This document shows positions 15,079-27,276 of a DNA stretch of 64,000 bases, in pieces. The number at the start of each line of letters is the position of its first letter. Positions within the stretch are counted from its first letter, which is position 1. The notes beneath the pieces are model-generated. The model searched no databases. It was given only the letters and a program-made list of their open reading frames with translations, and was not told the DNA's origin. Source of the DNA: Scenedesmus sp. PABB004 (lineage: Eukaryota); contig JABVCE010000005.1 in NCBI GenBank assembly GCA_014905635.1, forward strand, positions 1,240,001-1,304,000, in the 5' to 3' direction. Position numbers and translations under genes: made by a program.

Positions 15079-18000
15079 TCACCGCGGCGCCTGGCCGTCG
15101 CCGGCGCCGGCGCTGCCGCGCCGGCGCGTCGCGCGCGGCCCCGCGCCGGCGTAGTAGGCGTCGTCTGTGATGAAGCGGCCGCCGCCGTCCATCGCCAGCG
15201 CGATCAGCTCGTGCAGCCCGCGCTGCGGCGCCCGGGCGCCGCCCTGCGCCTTGTTGGTCTGGTCGGCGCGCCCCACGCCGCCGTCGGGGGCGGCCGCGGC
15301 GGCCTCGCCCGCGCCCTTGCGCCGCTTGCGCGCCTCCGCCGCGGCGCCGCGGGCGGGCGCCGCCGGCTCGGCCCCTGCCGGCTCGGCCGCCGCCGCCTGC
15401 GCCGCGCCGCCCGCCGCGTGGCCGGCGCGCTTGCGCTTGCCGCCGCCGCGCCGGGCGTGCTGCTCCGCCGCCGGCGGCGCGTCCGCGGCGGGGCTGGCGG
15501 CGGCGTCAAACGCGCCCGCCAGGCCCAGCACCGCGTCGCCGCCTTCGACCGCCGCGGCGGCGGCGCCGCGCCGTGCCGTGAGCGCGGTGAGCGGCGCCGA
15601 CCAGGGCGTGCCCAGGACGAGCTCGTCGTTGGCCACCCGCAGCGCCACACTGAACGGCATGACGGGGCTGGCGCTGCCACCCGAGCCCGCGCCCGCGCCC
15701 GCGGGGCTGCGCAGGCCGGCGGGGCTGCGCGGCAGCGCGAGCGGCGCGAGCAGCGGCGGCAGCGGCGCCGCGGCGACACCCGCCGCAGCCGCCGGCCGCG
15801 CCGCGCCGGCCGGGGAGTCCGCCGCTGCAGCGCCCGCGGCCTCAGCTGCCGCGTCGGCTGCCGCCTCGGCTGCTGCCGCCGCTGCCGCCTCGGCTGCTGC
15901 CGCCGCTGCCGCCTCAGCTGCTGCCTCAGCTGCCGCCTCGGCTGCTGCCGCAGCTGCCGCCTCGGCTGCTGCCGCGGCTGCCGCCTCAGCTGCTGCCGCC
16001 GCTGCCGCCTCAGCTGCCGCCTCTGCCTCTGCCGCCTTTGCCTGCGCCGCGGCCGCGGCAGCTGCGGCTGCCGCGTCGGCCTCCGCAGCCGCCGCCGCGT
16101 CCGCAGCCGCCTGGGCTGCCGCGTCCGCCTCCGCAGCCGCCGCCGCGTCCGCAGCCGCCTGGGCTGCCGCGTCCGCCTCCGCAGCCGCCACCGCGTCGGC
16201 AGCCGCCTGGGCTGCCGCTGCAGCCTCGGCAACGGCCGCCGCCTCCTCTGCGGCGCAGCCCGCGTCGGTGGCCGCCTCTGCGCCAGCCGCCGGCGGCCCC
16301 TCGGGCGCGGCCGCGCGCGCGCCCGCGCCGTCGCCCTCTGCCTCCTGCAGCAGCTCGTCATCGCCGCCCAGCGCGTTGAGCGTGTCCACGTCGGCCGGGC
16401 CCCACAGGCCGCCGCCGTCGCCGCAGCCACCCGCCGCGCCGTCGGCGCGCGGCCGGCGCCCCGAGCGGCCCCGGCGTGCGCCGCCCGAGCCGCCCCCGAG
16501 GGCCTGCCGCCGCTGCGGGAGCGGCCGCGGCCGCTGCTGCTGCGCGCGCCGGCGGCTCCGGCGCCGCGGCCTCGGCCGCCGGGGCAGGGCTGCAGCTGGC
16601 GGCGGGGGCGGCGGCCAGCATCGCCACGGGTGACGGGGCTGGGCTGCTGGCAGCGCCGCCGGCCACCTGCATGCTCTCAAACCTGGTGCGCCGCCTGCCA
16701 CCAGGTGTGAGCGGCGTCGCTCGGGCAGCCGGCTGCCTCGGCTGCGCAGCGCCTGGCTCCGCAGCACCTGGCTCTGATGCGGCTGGCTGCTCAGCGGCCG
16801 GCTCAGCAGCGGCCGGCTCAGCAGCGGCCGGCTCCGCAGCGGCCGGCCCCGCAGCGGCTGGCTCTGCAGCACCCCGCGCCGCCGCGCCTGGGCTGGCCGC
16901 CGGCGCCTCGACCGCCACCAGCTGACGGCTGGCTGACCGGCCGCGCCGCGTGGCGCCGGGCGTGGCCTCCGCCGCGCATGCCACCTCTGCACCAGCCGGC
17001 GGCTTCTCCTGCTGCTCCTCCTGCCGCCGCGTGGCGCGGACGCCCCGCGCCGACCCCGGCGCGCCGGCAGCCGCCTGCGCTGCTGCAGCCGCTGCCCCCC
17101 GCTTGCCCCGCGTCTCGCGTGTGGCGGTGCCGCCACCGCTTGCAGGCGCCACCGCTGCCGGCGCCAGGTCTGCAGCGGGGCTGTAGCTGAGCGGGCCGCG
17201 CCGGGTCAGCACGCCCTCGCTGGGCGACGCCGCAGCTGCCGCCTCGACGGCCGGCCGAGCGGCAGGCGTCGAGGCGGACGCGCCACGGCGCGCGCGCGTG
17301 CCCTTGGAGCCGGGCGTGGCAGCGGCGGCAGCTGGCGCAGCCTCGCCCGCCGCCGCCAGCTCCACTGCGCCCGCGTCTGCGGACAGCTGCCGGCTCTGCT
17401 TGGCCCGCCTGCCCAAGCTGTGCGGCGTGGGCACCGCATCGGCCGGCCGCTGAGCCGCCTGCTTAGCGCCAGCCTGTGCAGCGTCGCCGCCGACGGCGGC
17501 ACGCGGTCCGCCGGCCTGCCCTGCAGCCGCCGCCGCCGCTGCCGCCTGCTGCGCCCGCCGCTGCCGCGTGACGGTTGCGGGCGTGGGCGCGGCGCTGGCG
17601 GGCGTGGCCTGCAGGCCGCCCGCCTGCCGCCTGCTGCGTGTGCTCGCGCTGGGCGTGGCCGCGGCGGCCGCTGCCGCCTGCTGGTGCCGCGTGTGCACCC
17701 CGGCGCCAGCGCTCTGCTCGCTGCCCGCCGCGCCCGCCGGCTCCGCGCCGTCGCCGCCCTCGCCCTGCTGCGGCGCTGCCTGCGCGGGCTCCTGCTCCGC
17801 CTGCGACGCAGCGCCGCGCCGCCCCTTGCTGGGCCGGCCCTTCGCGGCGCTGCTCGCCCCGCGCTTCCTGCCAGAGCGCGGCGGCGCGGCTGCCTCTGCC
17901 GCGCCGGCAGCGCCGGGCTGCGTCCCGGCCGCCTCGCGCTGCTGCTGGCGCGCCTCCAGCGCCGCCAGCTCTGCCTCGGGGGTCTCGGGCAGCACCTCGG

Positions 18001-18693
18001 CCAGCTCCTCCGCGCCCGCCCCCGCGCCGGCCGGCGTCGTGGGGCTGGCCTGGGCCAGCACGCCGGCCAGGGCCGCGGCCGCGCCCGCCGCCGCAGGGCC
18101 CGGGGCGGGCGGCGAGGCGGGCACCATGTCTGCCTCTGGGCCCTCAACCGCCGCCGCAGGCGACGCGGCGGCCCCGGGTGACGCGGCGGGCGCCCGCGCC
18201 TCGCCGTCGTCCGCCGCCCGCGGCGAGCCCCCCGCGCCGCCGGCGCCGGCCCGAGGGCCGCCGCGCGGCGGCGAGGCCATGCAGAACGCCGCCAGGTCGG
18301 CCATTGCGTCAAAGGCCGGCTTGCGCGCCGCCTGGGCGCCCGTCTCCGGCTGCTGCTGCTGCCGCCGGCCGGCCGCGGCGCCGCTGGCCAGAAAGTCCAT
18401 CAGGCCAGCCGGCAGGTCGTCGACCTTCGGCTTGGGCGCCGCCGGCGGCGCCTGCGCCCCCGCGCGGGGCTGCCGCCGGGCAGCGGGCCGGCCCGCCAGG
18501 AACGCCGCCGTGCCGGCTGCGGCAAAGGCCGCCGGCGCCGCCGCAGGCGAGCCGCGCTCCGGCTGGGCCGGCGCCGCCAGCGTGGCGCGGCCTGCAGCGC
18601 GGGTGGCGAACAGCGCGTCTAGGCGCGCGATGTCCGCGGCCGACGGGCTGCCGGCGCCGCGCGGCGCGGCCGCGACGGGCGCGCTCCCGGCGG

Positions 18694-18737
<44 letters not shown>

Positions 18738-21700
18738 GGCGGCGGCAGCTGCGCCACGGGCGGCGGCCGCGGCGCCATGGGCGCGAGGCCAAGCTGCGCC
18801 AGGATGGCAGCCTCCTCCTGCCGGCGGCGCTGCTCCTCCGCCGCCGCCGCCTCTGCCGCCCCCTCGGCCGCCGGCGCGCGCTGCGGCAGCTGCTTGACGC
18901 GCCGCAGCGGGTTGGGCGCCAGCTCCGGCTGCGCCGCCTGCACCACCTGCGCGCTCGTGGTGGTGCTGCCGCTGCGGCGGGGCTGCGAGGTGGCGTCGTC
19001 GGCCACCTCGGCCACCTCCCGCGGCCCCGGCAGCCGCCAGCCCGGCGGGCGCCGCGCCTCGCCGCTGTCGAGCCGCAGCTTCTGCCTGCCGGGCAGCGCG
19101 CGCACGGCGACCATGCGCGGGTCCCGCGCGGGCTTGCGCGCGCCGCGCGCGCCGGGCCGCCGCTGCGGCCCGCGCCCCGCCCGCGGCGGGCGCCTGCTTG
19201 GCGCTGCGCGCGCGCTTGGCGGGCGGCGTTGCCGCGCTGCGGGTCGGCGGACGGGCGCGGCGGGCGGGGCAGGCCGTCGGGGCGTCAGGGCACGCGCGGC
19301 CGCCGCTGGTGGGCGCGGCCTGCGCCGCGCAGCGGGCCGCCGCCGCTACCCCCACGACGCACCGCGAGACGGTGACGCTGCCGTCCTCGGCGCTCGCCGC
19401 GCGCTTCGCCGGCACCGCGCGCCTCGCGCCGCCCTTGGCTGCGCCCGGCCTGGCGCCGCCGCCCTCGGCGCCGCCCTCGCGCCGCGCCGCGTCGGCGCCC
19501 GCCGGCGTGGACGAGCGGCGGCGCGCCGGCGCCTGGCCGCGGCCGCGCGCGCGCCGCTCCGCCTCGTCCCGCCGCTTGCGCTCGGCCGCGCGCGCCGCGC
19601 CCAGCAGCGCGGGGTCTGCCAGCGTGAGCTGCGTGTCAAAGTCGAGGCTGGGCGGCACGTTGAGGGACCCCTGCGCGGCGCGGCGGGCGCACGCGCGCGC
19701 CCGCGTCGCCGCCGCGGCCCGGGCGGCGGCTGGCGCTGCCCCTCTCCCCTGGCCGCCCGCCCGCCAGCGCGCCTCTCCCCGCCAGGCGGCCACCGCCGCA
19801 CCTCCTCAACCTTGCTGCTGCGCCACTTGCCGAGCAGCATGACCAGACCGCCCAGCCAGGCGTGCCGCTCCAGCCCGGGCAGCACCGCCGCGCCGAGCCA
19901 CGCGCGCGCGCTGGGCCAGGCGCCCAGGAAGGGCAGCGCCAGCGGCTCGAGCAGCGGGTGCGCCGGCGGCGCCGGCTGCTCCGCCGTCGCCGCCGCCGCC
20001 GGCGCCGCCTCGTCGTCCAGGGGCTGGGCCAGCAGCCGGCGCAGCGCGCGCGCCGCGGCACGCGCGGCCTGCTCGTCGCTCAGACCCGCCCGCCACGCGC
20101 CCGGCGCGCCGGGGCGGGTCATTGCCTTGACGTCGGCCGCCCACTTGACCCAGCCGCTGTGCAGCAGGTACAGGAAGCCGTCCACGCGCTGCTCCGCCGG
20201 CACCTGTGTGCACGCAGGGCGCTGGGCGCGCGGCACAGGGCGCAGGGCGCAGCGAGCCAGCGGGCGGGGCTCGGCGCGCGCGGCGGCAGCGCCGGCGGCG
20301 CACCCACCATCTGCGTGCGCGCCACGATGTGGGTCGCCTCGTCGCGCAGGTCGGGCGCGGGCAGCTCGGGGCGCACGGGGCCTGCCGCGGGCGCGGCGGC
20401 GGCGGCGCGCGGGTCGCGGGCCGGCGGCCGCGGCGGCCACGCGCGCGTGCTCTCTCTCGCGCGCGCTGCGCCCCCGCCGCCAGCCACCGTGCGCGCTCGC
20501 GCACCCGCCTCCACCATGGCGTGCAGGACGAACAGCAGCCAGAAGAGGGGGTCCAGCACCAGCAGCGGCCAGTCCTCAACACACGACACGTTGTGCCCCG
20601 GGTTGGGGTGCGTCGGCGCGCCCTGCGCCGGCGGCGGGGCGGTGAGGGGCTGCCGCGGCGCGTGTGAGCGCGACGCAGGGGCCGGGCTGCGCGCTCACCG
20701 CGAGCACCAGCAGCGCCGCGCGCAGCCGCGCCGCGCGCGTTGCCTCGGGGTCGCGCGGCGCCGCCGCCGCCGCCGGCAGCGCGGCCGGGGCTCCGCTGCA
20801 GCGGTCCTCGCGGTGCGCCAGCAGCTTGAGGTCCGCCGGCGACAGCCTGGCGGGCGAGCACGCGCACGGGCGGGCGGGCGCGGTTGCGGCGCGCAGGGGC
20901 CCGAGCTCGGCCGCGCCCACGGCGCGCGCCCGGCGGCTGCCGCGGCGCCGCGCACCGCTCCAGCTGCGCCTTGGCGTGCCGCGCCGCCTCGCGCGCCGCC
21001 GCCGACAGGCCGAACGTCCACTCCAGCTGGGCGGTCGGGAACGCCACCATCAAGCCGCGCCCGGCCGCCTCAGCCACCCTGGCGGCGGCGGCGGCGGCGG
21101 CGGCGCGCGTGAGCTGCCAGCAGCATGGCCGCCGCCGCCGCCGCCGCCGCGGCGCGGCCGCCCGCCCCGCCGCCCCTCGCCCACCCGTCCAGGTCGGCCT
21201 TCACGCGCGGGACGTCCCGCAGCGCCAGGTTGCCCCGCGCCGGCGCGGCCGCCGCGAGCACGCGCCGCGCCGCCTCGGCGCCCACGCGCGCCGACTCACG
21301 CCCCGCCAGGTTCTCATCAGCGAGCGGGCCGGCGGCCTCGCCACGCGCGGGCGCCCTGGGCGCCGCTGGCGCCGCCGGCTGCGTGGCCTCGTCGGCGCCG
21401 CCCGCGGCGGCGCCCGGCCCCGCGGCGCCCTCCGCCGGCACGCTGCCCTGCTGCTCGGGGCTGGGGCGGCTGCAGCTGCCGCCCGCGGTGCCGGCGGCGC
21501 CGCCGCCCGCCGCGGGGCTGCCCTCGCCCGCCGCGAGCGCGCCGCCGCTGCCGGCGGGGTCCTGGCTGCTGCCCGCCACGCCCGCCGTGGCGCGCGACGG
21601 GGCCCGGGGCGCCGAGAGGCCCGACAGCCGCGAGCCGGCGCGGCCGAGGCCCTGCGGCGCGCCCGGCTTGCCGCCCCTGCCGCCCGCCAGCCGGCTCGTG

Positions 21701-22569
21701 CCCGCGCCCGCGCCCCGGCCCTGCTGCGCCGCCGTCGGCTCGCCGCCGCCGGCCAGCGGCGTGATGAGGCGGCTGCGCCCGATGCTCCGCAGCCCGCCGG
21801 CCGCGGCCGCGGCGGCGGCGCGGCCGGGCGCCGCGCAGGAGCCGGAGCGCACGCTGCCGCCCTGGCTGCCCGCCGGGCCCTGGTACTTGCTGCCTACTGA
21901 GCCAGAGTTGGCCGGCGCCGCCGCGCGCGGCGGCGCCGCCGCCTGCGGCGCGGGCGCGAGCGCTCGCCGCGCGGGCGCGGCCGCGCCGCCGCCCTCGTGC
22001 GCCGGCGGCTGCTGCTGGCTCGCCGCGCTGCGGCCGGCGCCCTTCTGCCCCGCGAGCACGGCCGCACCGCCGGCCGCCGCCTCGGCCGCCGCGCGACCCG
22101 CCTGGAGCTGGCGCTTGCCGGCGGCCTCCTTCCTCCTGAACATGGCCTCCTGGTCCTCCAGCCACCGCGCCGCCGCGGCCGCGTCGGCGAGCTTGCCGGC
22201 TGCGCGCGCGCGGCGGGCGGCCGGGTGAGCGAGGGCGCGGCCGGCGCCGCGCCCCCGGCCCGGCGCGGCGCGGCGCGGCGCCCTGGGGGCGCGCCGCAGC
22301 GCGCGCGCGTGGCGCGCACCCTTGAGCCGCTCCCGAGCGTCGGCCGCGGCGTCGCCGCCGTGCCGCCCCGCCGCGGCGAGGACCTTGGGCAGCACGCGCA
22401 GCGGCCACTTTTCGTCGAGCGCGCTCTCCGCCGGGTCGTACTCATCCACAAAGAGAGGGTAGAGGGAGCTGCCGGGCGGCAGCTCGGACAGCAGCAGGCC
22501 CTGCAGCGCGTGCCCGAGCCCGCGCTCGTGCGCCGTCGCGCTGCTCTCCTCGTACCCTGCGCCCGCGGC

Positions 22570-22602
<33 letters not shown>

Positions 22603-23602
22603 TGGGGCGCTGGGCGTGCGGGGCGCGGCGCGCGCGCGCGGCGCCGGCGGCGGCGGCTGCCGGGCGCACCGAGCGCGAGCAGCACGAGCCGGATGCCGCC
22701 CTCCCTCAGCGTCGCGAGGCCCGGCCCCAGCAGCTGCCGCACGCGCGCCCGCACGGCGTCGGCAAAGCCGCGCGGCTCGGTGGCCGGGTCGGGCAGCTCC
22801 AGCGGCACGCCGCCGGCTGCGGCGAGCGTGGCGGGCGGGTGCGTCGGCGGGGCGTGCCAGGGAGGGCCCTCCGGCAGCGCGGCCTGCCGCGGCGCGCACC
22901 CTCTGGGAGCGCCAGGAAGGCGGCCACGGCCTCCGGGGAGCTGGGCAGCCGCAGCAGCAGCGACATGCACCGCGCCCCGCCCGCGCCGCCGCCGTCGTCT
23001 GCAACGGTGCCGTGCGGCGCGTGAGCGGGTGCGCGCGCGCGCGCAAGGCCTGCTGCCAGCGTGCGCGCGTGCGTCGCGCACCCGTGAACGCCTGGAAGCC
23101 ATCACCGCCAAACACCTGCGACTGCAGGTTGGCCAGCCGCGGCGCGCCTGCGGGCGGCGCGCGCGCCGGCGCGGGCTCAGCGAGCTCCCCACGCGCGCGC
23201 CGCGGCCTGGTTGGCACGCCGCCAGCCCAGTCCAGCCGGCCAGCGGCAGGAGCACGCACCGTCGCCGTCGCCGTCGCCGCGCGCCGCCAACAGGATCTGC
23301 AGCCCGCGCCCGCGGCTCAGCTGGAAGAGGCAGGAGAAGCGGCTGCTGCCCACGCTCGCCTCCGCCCGCCAGGCCGGCCCCGCGCTGGCACGCAGGCGCC
23401 CGATCTCCTCCGCGCAGCCTGCGTGCGTCAGGCGCTCCACCAGGGGGCCCGGCCAGGCGAGGTCGGCAAACGCGAAAGTGCTGCGCCGAGCCGCCGCGCC
23501 CAGGCCCTTGAGCGCGGCCACGAGGTAGGCCTCGATGTCGCGCGGCGCCTCCGCGCCCGCGCGCAGCGAGGCGGCGTCCACCACCGCCCAGTGGGCGTGC
23601 AT
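15079..23602 (-). CDS. Very large multi-exon protein with structured N-terminal/central exons and a long S/T-P-rich disordered C-terminus; tentatively Treslin/TICRR-like
   Basis: ATG at 23602 (MHAHWAVVDAAS). Coding-like exons include LYPLFVDEYDPAESALDEKWPLRVLPK, WPLLVLDPLFWLLFVLHAMVE and VDGFLYLLHSGWVKW, joined by GT-AG introns, followed by a long low-complexity exon at 15079-19100. Whether this is one gene, and its identity, are both inferred. Confidence 0.5.
15838..16250 (-). repeat. Coding Ala/Glu tandem repeats (AAEAAAAAAAE; AAAQAAADAAAAAEAD)
   Basis: Imperfect short-period (roughly 24-45 nt) repeats visible in the DNA and in ORF 15079..17136. Confidence 0.85.
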
Positions 23603-24102
23603 CGCGGCCGCGCCTATGCACCCCCCACGCGCATCGCCGGTGCGGCGCGCGACAGCGCGGCAGCGCGAGTCGCCAGTGCGCCACACAGCGGGCGGCCCTG
23701 GGCGGCGCGGCCGGGCGCGCGGGCGCGCGGGCGGGGAGCGCGGGAGGCGGAGGCGTTCAAACGCCGCGGCACTAACACGCTCCCCGGGCGCCCGGTCGCG
23801 CGGCAGCGCGGCAGCGCGGCAGGGCGGCAGCGTGCCTCGCTCCCCGTCGTGCGCGGCTTGCGTGCGGGCGCGCGGCCCGGCGCCTGCCGCCGCCGGGGGG
23901 CGGCGCGCGGCCGCTGCCGCTGCCGCTGCCGGCGGCGCGCGAGCGATGCCAGGCGGCGCGTGCCGCGCGCGCAAAAGCTGCCGCGCGACTGCGGTCGGTC
24001 GACGCACGGGTCTCTGTCGCGACGCCCCGACCTGACGCCCACCGCGCGCCCGGCCAGCGGCGGCGCCCGGCCGCCGAGCCACAGCCCGCCACGCCGCAGC
24101 GC
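23519..24102. repeat. Left copy of a ~590 bp inverted duplication (promoter plus first codons of the 23602 gene)
   Basis: Reverse complement of 28602-29209 with few mismatches (e.g. ttcaaacgccgcggcactaacacgctccccgg vs ccggggagcgtgttagtgccgcggcgtttgaa). Confidence 0.95.
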
Positions 24103-24348
24103 AGCCAGGAGGCATTACTAGGTAGCGCGCCACGATCTCTGCTCAACGGTCAAGGCAACCAGGATGCGCAATGCGCGAACGAAAAGCAGGCGTGCCAACA
24201 CGATGTCAACCCCGTGCCGCCGTCAGCGGTGCCGCCATCAGCCCCCGTGCCGCCGTCAGCGGTGCCGTCAGCCCCCGCGCCGCCGTCAGTCCCAGCGCCG
24301 CCGTCAGCCCCCCCCCCCCACCCCCCACCGCGGCCGCGGCCGCTCGCC

Positions 24349-24755
24349 TCACTGCGAGAAGAGCCCCGGCATGCCGGGCGGGCGCTGCTGCTGCAGCGCG
24401 TGCTGCTGCACCGCGTGCTGCTGCGCGTACAGCAGGCCTGGGTAGCCGCCGCCAGGCTGCTGCTGCGCCGCGCGCATGGCCTGCGCCTGCTGCGCGTGCA
24501 TGGCCATGCGGTGCTGCATGAGCTGCGTCAGCGCCGCCTGCTGCTGCTCCGCCGGGAAACCCTGCAGGTGCGCGCGCTCCGCCGGCGTCAGCGCCGCCGC
24601 CGGCCCGCCGTACGGACCGCCGTGCGCCAGGGGCTGCTGCAGCGGCGCGCGCATGCCCTGCAGCGCCTGCAGCTGCGCGAGCCCGCCGCCCTGCCCCGGC
24701 GGCCAGCCCGGCCGCGCCATGCCGTACGCCGCGGCCGCCTGCTGCTGGTGCGCGA

Positions 24756-24787
<32 letters not shown>

Positions 24788-25231
24788 GCCAGCAGCTGCT
24801 GCATGGCGACGGGGCCGGCGCCGCCGGGCCGCATGCCGCCGTAGGCCGCGGCGTAGCTGGGCGGCATGCCGGGGTGGTAGCCGCCCGGCAGGCCGTGCAG
24901 GCCCGGCACGTGCAACGGCATGCCGCCGGGGCCGCCGGGCAGGTAGCCGCCGCCGCGCGCGGGCGGCGGCGCGCCCGCCGGCGCCGCGCCGCCGGCCTTG
25001 CCCTTCTTCTTCGCGCGCCCGCCGCCCGCGCGCCCGCCGCCGCCGCCGCTCTTGCGCGCCTTGGCGCGGCGCGCGCGGCTCTCCTCCCAGTCCTCGCTCG
25101 AGGGCTCGCTCGACGGCTCGCTCGACGCGTCGCTGTCGTCGGCGGCGTCGTACTCGGCGTCCTCGTCGCTGTAGTCCGGCCCGCCCTGGTTCTTCCAGCC
25201 GCGCTTCTTCTTCTTCTTTTTGTGCCGCGCC

Positions 25232-25262
<31 letters not shown>

Positions 25263-26529
25263 GGCCGGCGGCCTGGGCCATCGCGGCCGCGGCCGCGTTC
25301 GCGGCGGCCGCCTCGGCCGCGAGCTCCGCGTGCAGCGCGGGCATCTGGCCCTGCACGACCGCGGCCTGCGCCTGCGGCGGGAGCTGCACAAACTGCGCCT
25401 GCTGCTGCGGGCTCCAGCGCGCCCACATCTGCGGCGGCACGACGGGCGGCGGCGCGGGGCCGCCGCCGGGCGCGCCGCCGGGCGCAGGGGCGCGCTGCGC
25501 CGCGCCGCCGGCGCCACCGCCGGCGGCCGCGCGCAGGCGCGGGCCGAGCGGCTGGCTGGGCGGCCCGCCCTCGTCGAGCGCGCCGGGCACCACCACGGGG
25601 CGCACGCCGAGCGTCGCGGCGCTGATCAGGGGCGCCACGTCGCTGACCGGGTCGGGGCGGTACGCCTTGGGCCGCCGCGGCACGACGACGCCGTCCAGCG
25701 GGGACCAGCCGAGGCCGTGCTGCGGCTTGCGGCCGCGCACGGTGGCCGTGCGGCGCGGGCGGCCCGTGCGGGTGAAGGCCTGCGGCACGACCCCGCCGAG
25801 CGCGTCCCCGCCGCCGGCGCCGCCGCCGCCGGCAGCGGCGGCAGGCGCGGCGGCGGCGGCGGCGGCCTCGCGCCGCTGCTGCTCCAGGTGCTGTTGCTGC
25901 AGCTGGCGCTGGTGCTGCTGGTGCTGCAGCTGGTGCTGCAGCTGCCGCTGGTGGTGCTGCTGCTGCATGTGGTGCGCCGCCTGCCGCGCGAGCGCCTGCG
26001 CCGCCTCAGCCGCGCGCCGCGCGGCGTCCTCGGCCTCGGCACCGCCCGCCTGCCCCTGCGCCTGCGCGGCCGGCTGTGCCGCGACGGCGGGCGCCTGTCC
26101 GGCCGGCGCCGGCCCGTCTTGCTGTGCTGCTGCAGCAGCTGGCTCCTCGGCCGCTGCTGCTGCCGGCTCATCGCCCCCCGGCGCCGCTGCCGCGGGCGCC
26201 CCTGCTGCCGGCCCCTGGTCGCCCGCCGCCTGCTCGTCCACGCCAGCCGACCCCGCGGGCGCCTGCGCGTGCGCGCCCCCGGGCGTGGGCGCCGCAGGCG
26301 CCTCTGCTGCTGCCCCAGGCTGCGGCGCCGCCGCGGCGCTGCTCAGCGGTGCCTCCACCGCCGCGGCGGGCTGGTCCCCGTCCGCCGGCACGTCCGTGGG
26401 CTGCTCCCCGGGCTCTGAGGCGCCCGGCGCTGCGGGCGGCGGCGGGCTCGCGCGCTGCTGCCGCTCCTGCTGCTGCTCCTCCGCCGCCTCCGCGTGCGTC
26501 GCCAGCGTGCCTGAGGGTTCGTCCTCCAT
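24349..26529 (-). CDS. Intronless low-complexity Q/A/G/P-rich probable nuclear protein
   Basis: Open frame from MEDEPSGTL to MPGLFSQ*. Contains TRTGRPRR, a KKKKKKR NLS-like run, an acidic DYSDEDAEYDAADDSD tract and a Q-rich tail. Confidence 0.7.
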
Positions 26530-26789
26530 CCCGCTGCTGCGCTCACGACGCCGCGGGCATGCGCTGTTGTTGGCGAGCTCTTGCGCTCGCGGCCTGTCGG
26601 GCGCAGCCTGGCGCGCGCAGAGAGCCGAGAGCCGAGGCTGAGCGAGGCGCCGTGCAAGTGCAGACGCAGGCGGCGGCGCGGTGTGCGCGGGAGGTCGTGC
26701 GGCGTCGCCGCGCAGACCCCGCAGTGCGCTTTTGCTCCTCAGACAGCCTGAAAGTTGCACGGCGGTGCCACGGCCTCACCGCCACGGCC

Positions 26790-27220
26790 TCACCGCCACG
26801 GCCGCCGCTGCAGCTGGGGTCCGCCGCCGCCGGCGCCCTTGCTGCTGCCGGCGCCCGCGCTGCCGCCGCCGCCGGCGCCCTGGCCGCCGCCGCCGCCGCC
26901 GCCGCCGCCGTTGCCTCGCTCGCTCCGCCCGCCGCCCTTGTCGCCGCCGCCCCAGCTGTCGCTCCGGCTGCCGCCCCAGTCGTCCCGGCGCTGGCGCTTG
27001 CCGCCCTGGGGGTAGTCAGCCTCCTCTGCCTGCCGCTGCCAGCCCTGCGACCGCTGCTGCGACCACTGCTGCTGCTGTTGCTGCTGCTGCTGCGACCACT
27101 GCTGCTGCTGCGACCACTGCTGCTGCTGCGACCGCTGCTGCTGCGGCTGCCGCTGGAAAAACTCCCGAACGTCATGCTGCGGCCGCAGGTCGCGCTGCTG
27201 CTGCTGCTGCTGCTGCGACC

Positions 27221-27276
<56 letters not shown>

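Noticed and set aside
15838..16250. Antifreeze-protein-like Ala repeats
   Set aside because: Low-complexity Ala/Glu repeat inside a larger protein, lacking the regular 11-residue Thr periodicity; a compositional resemblance only.
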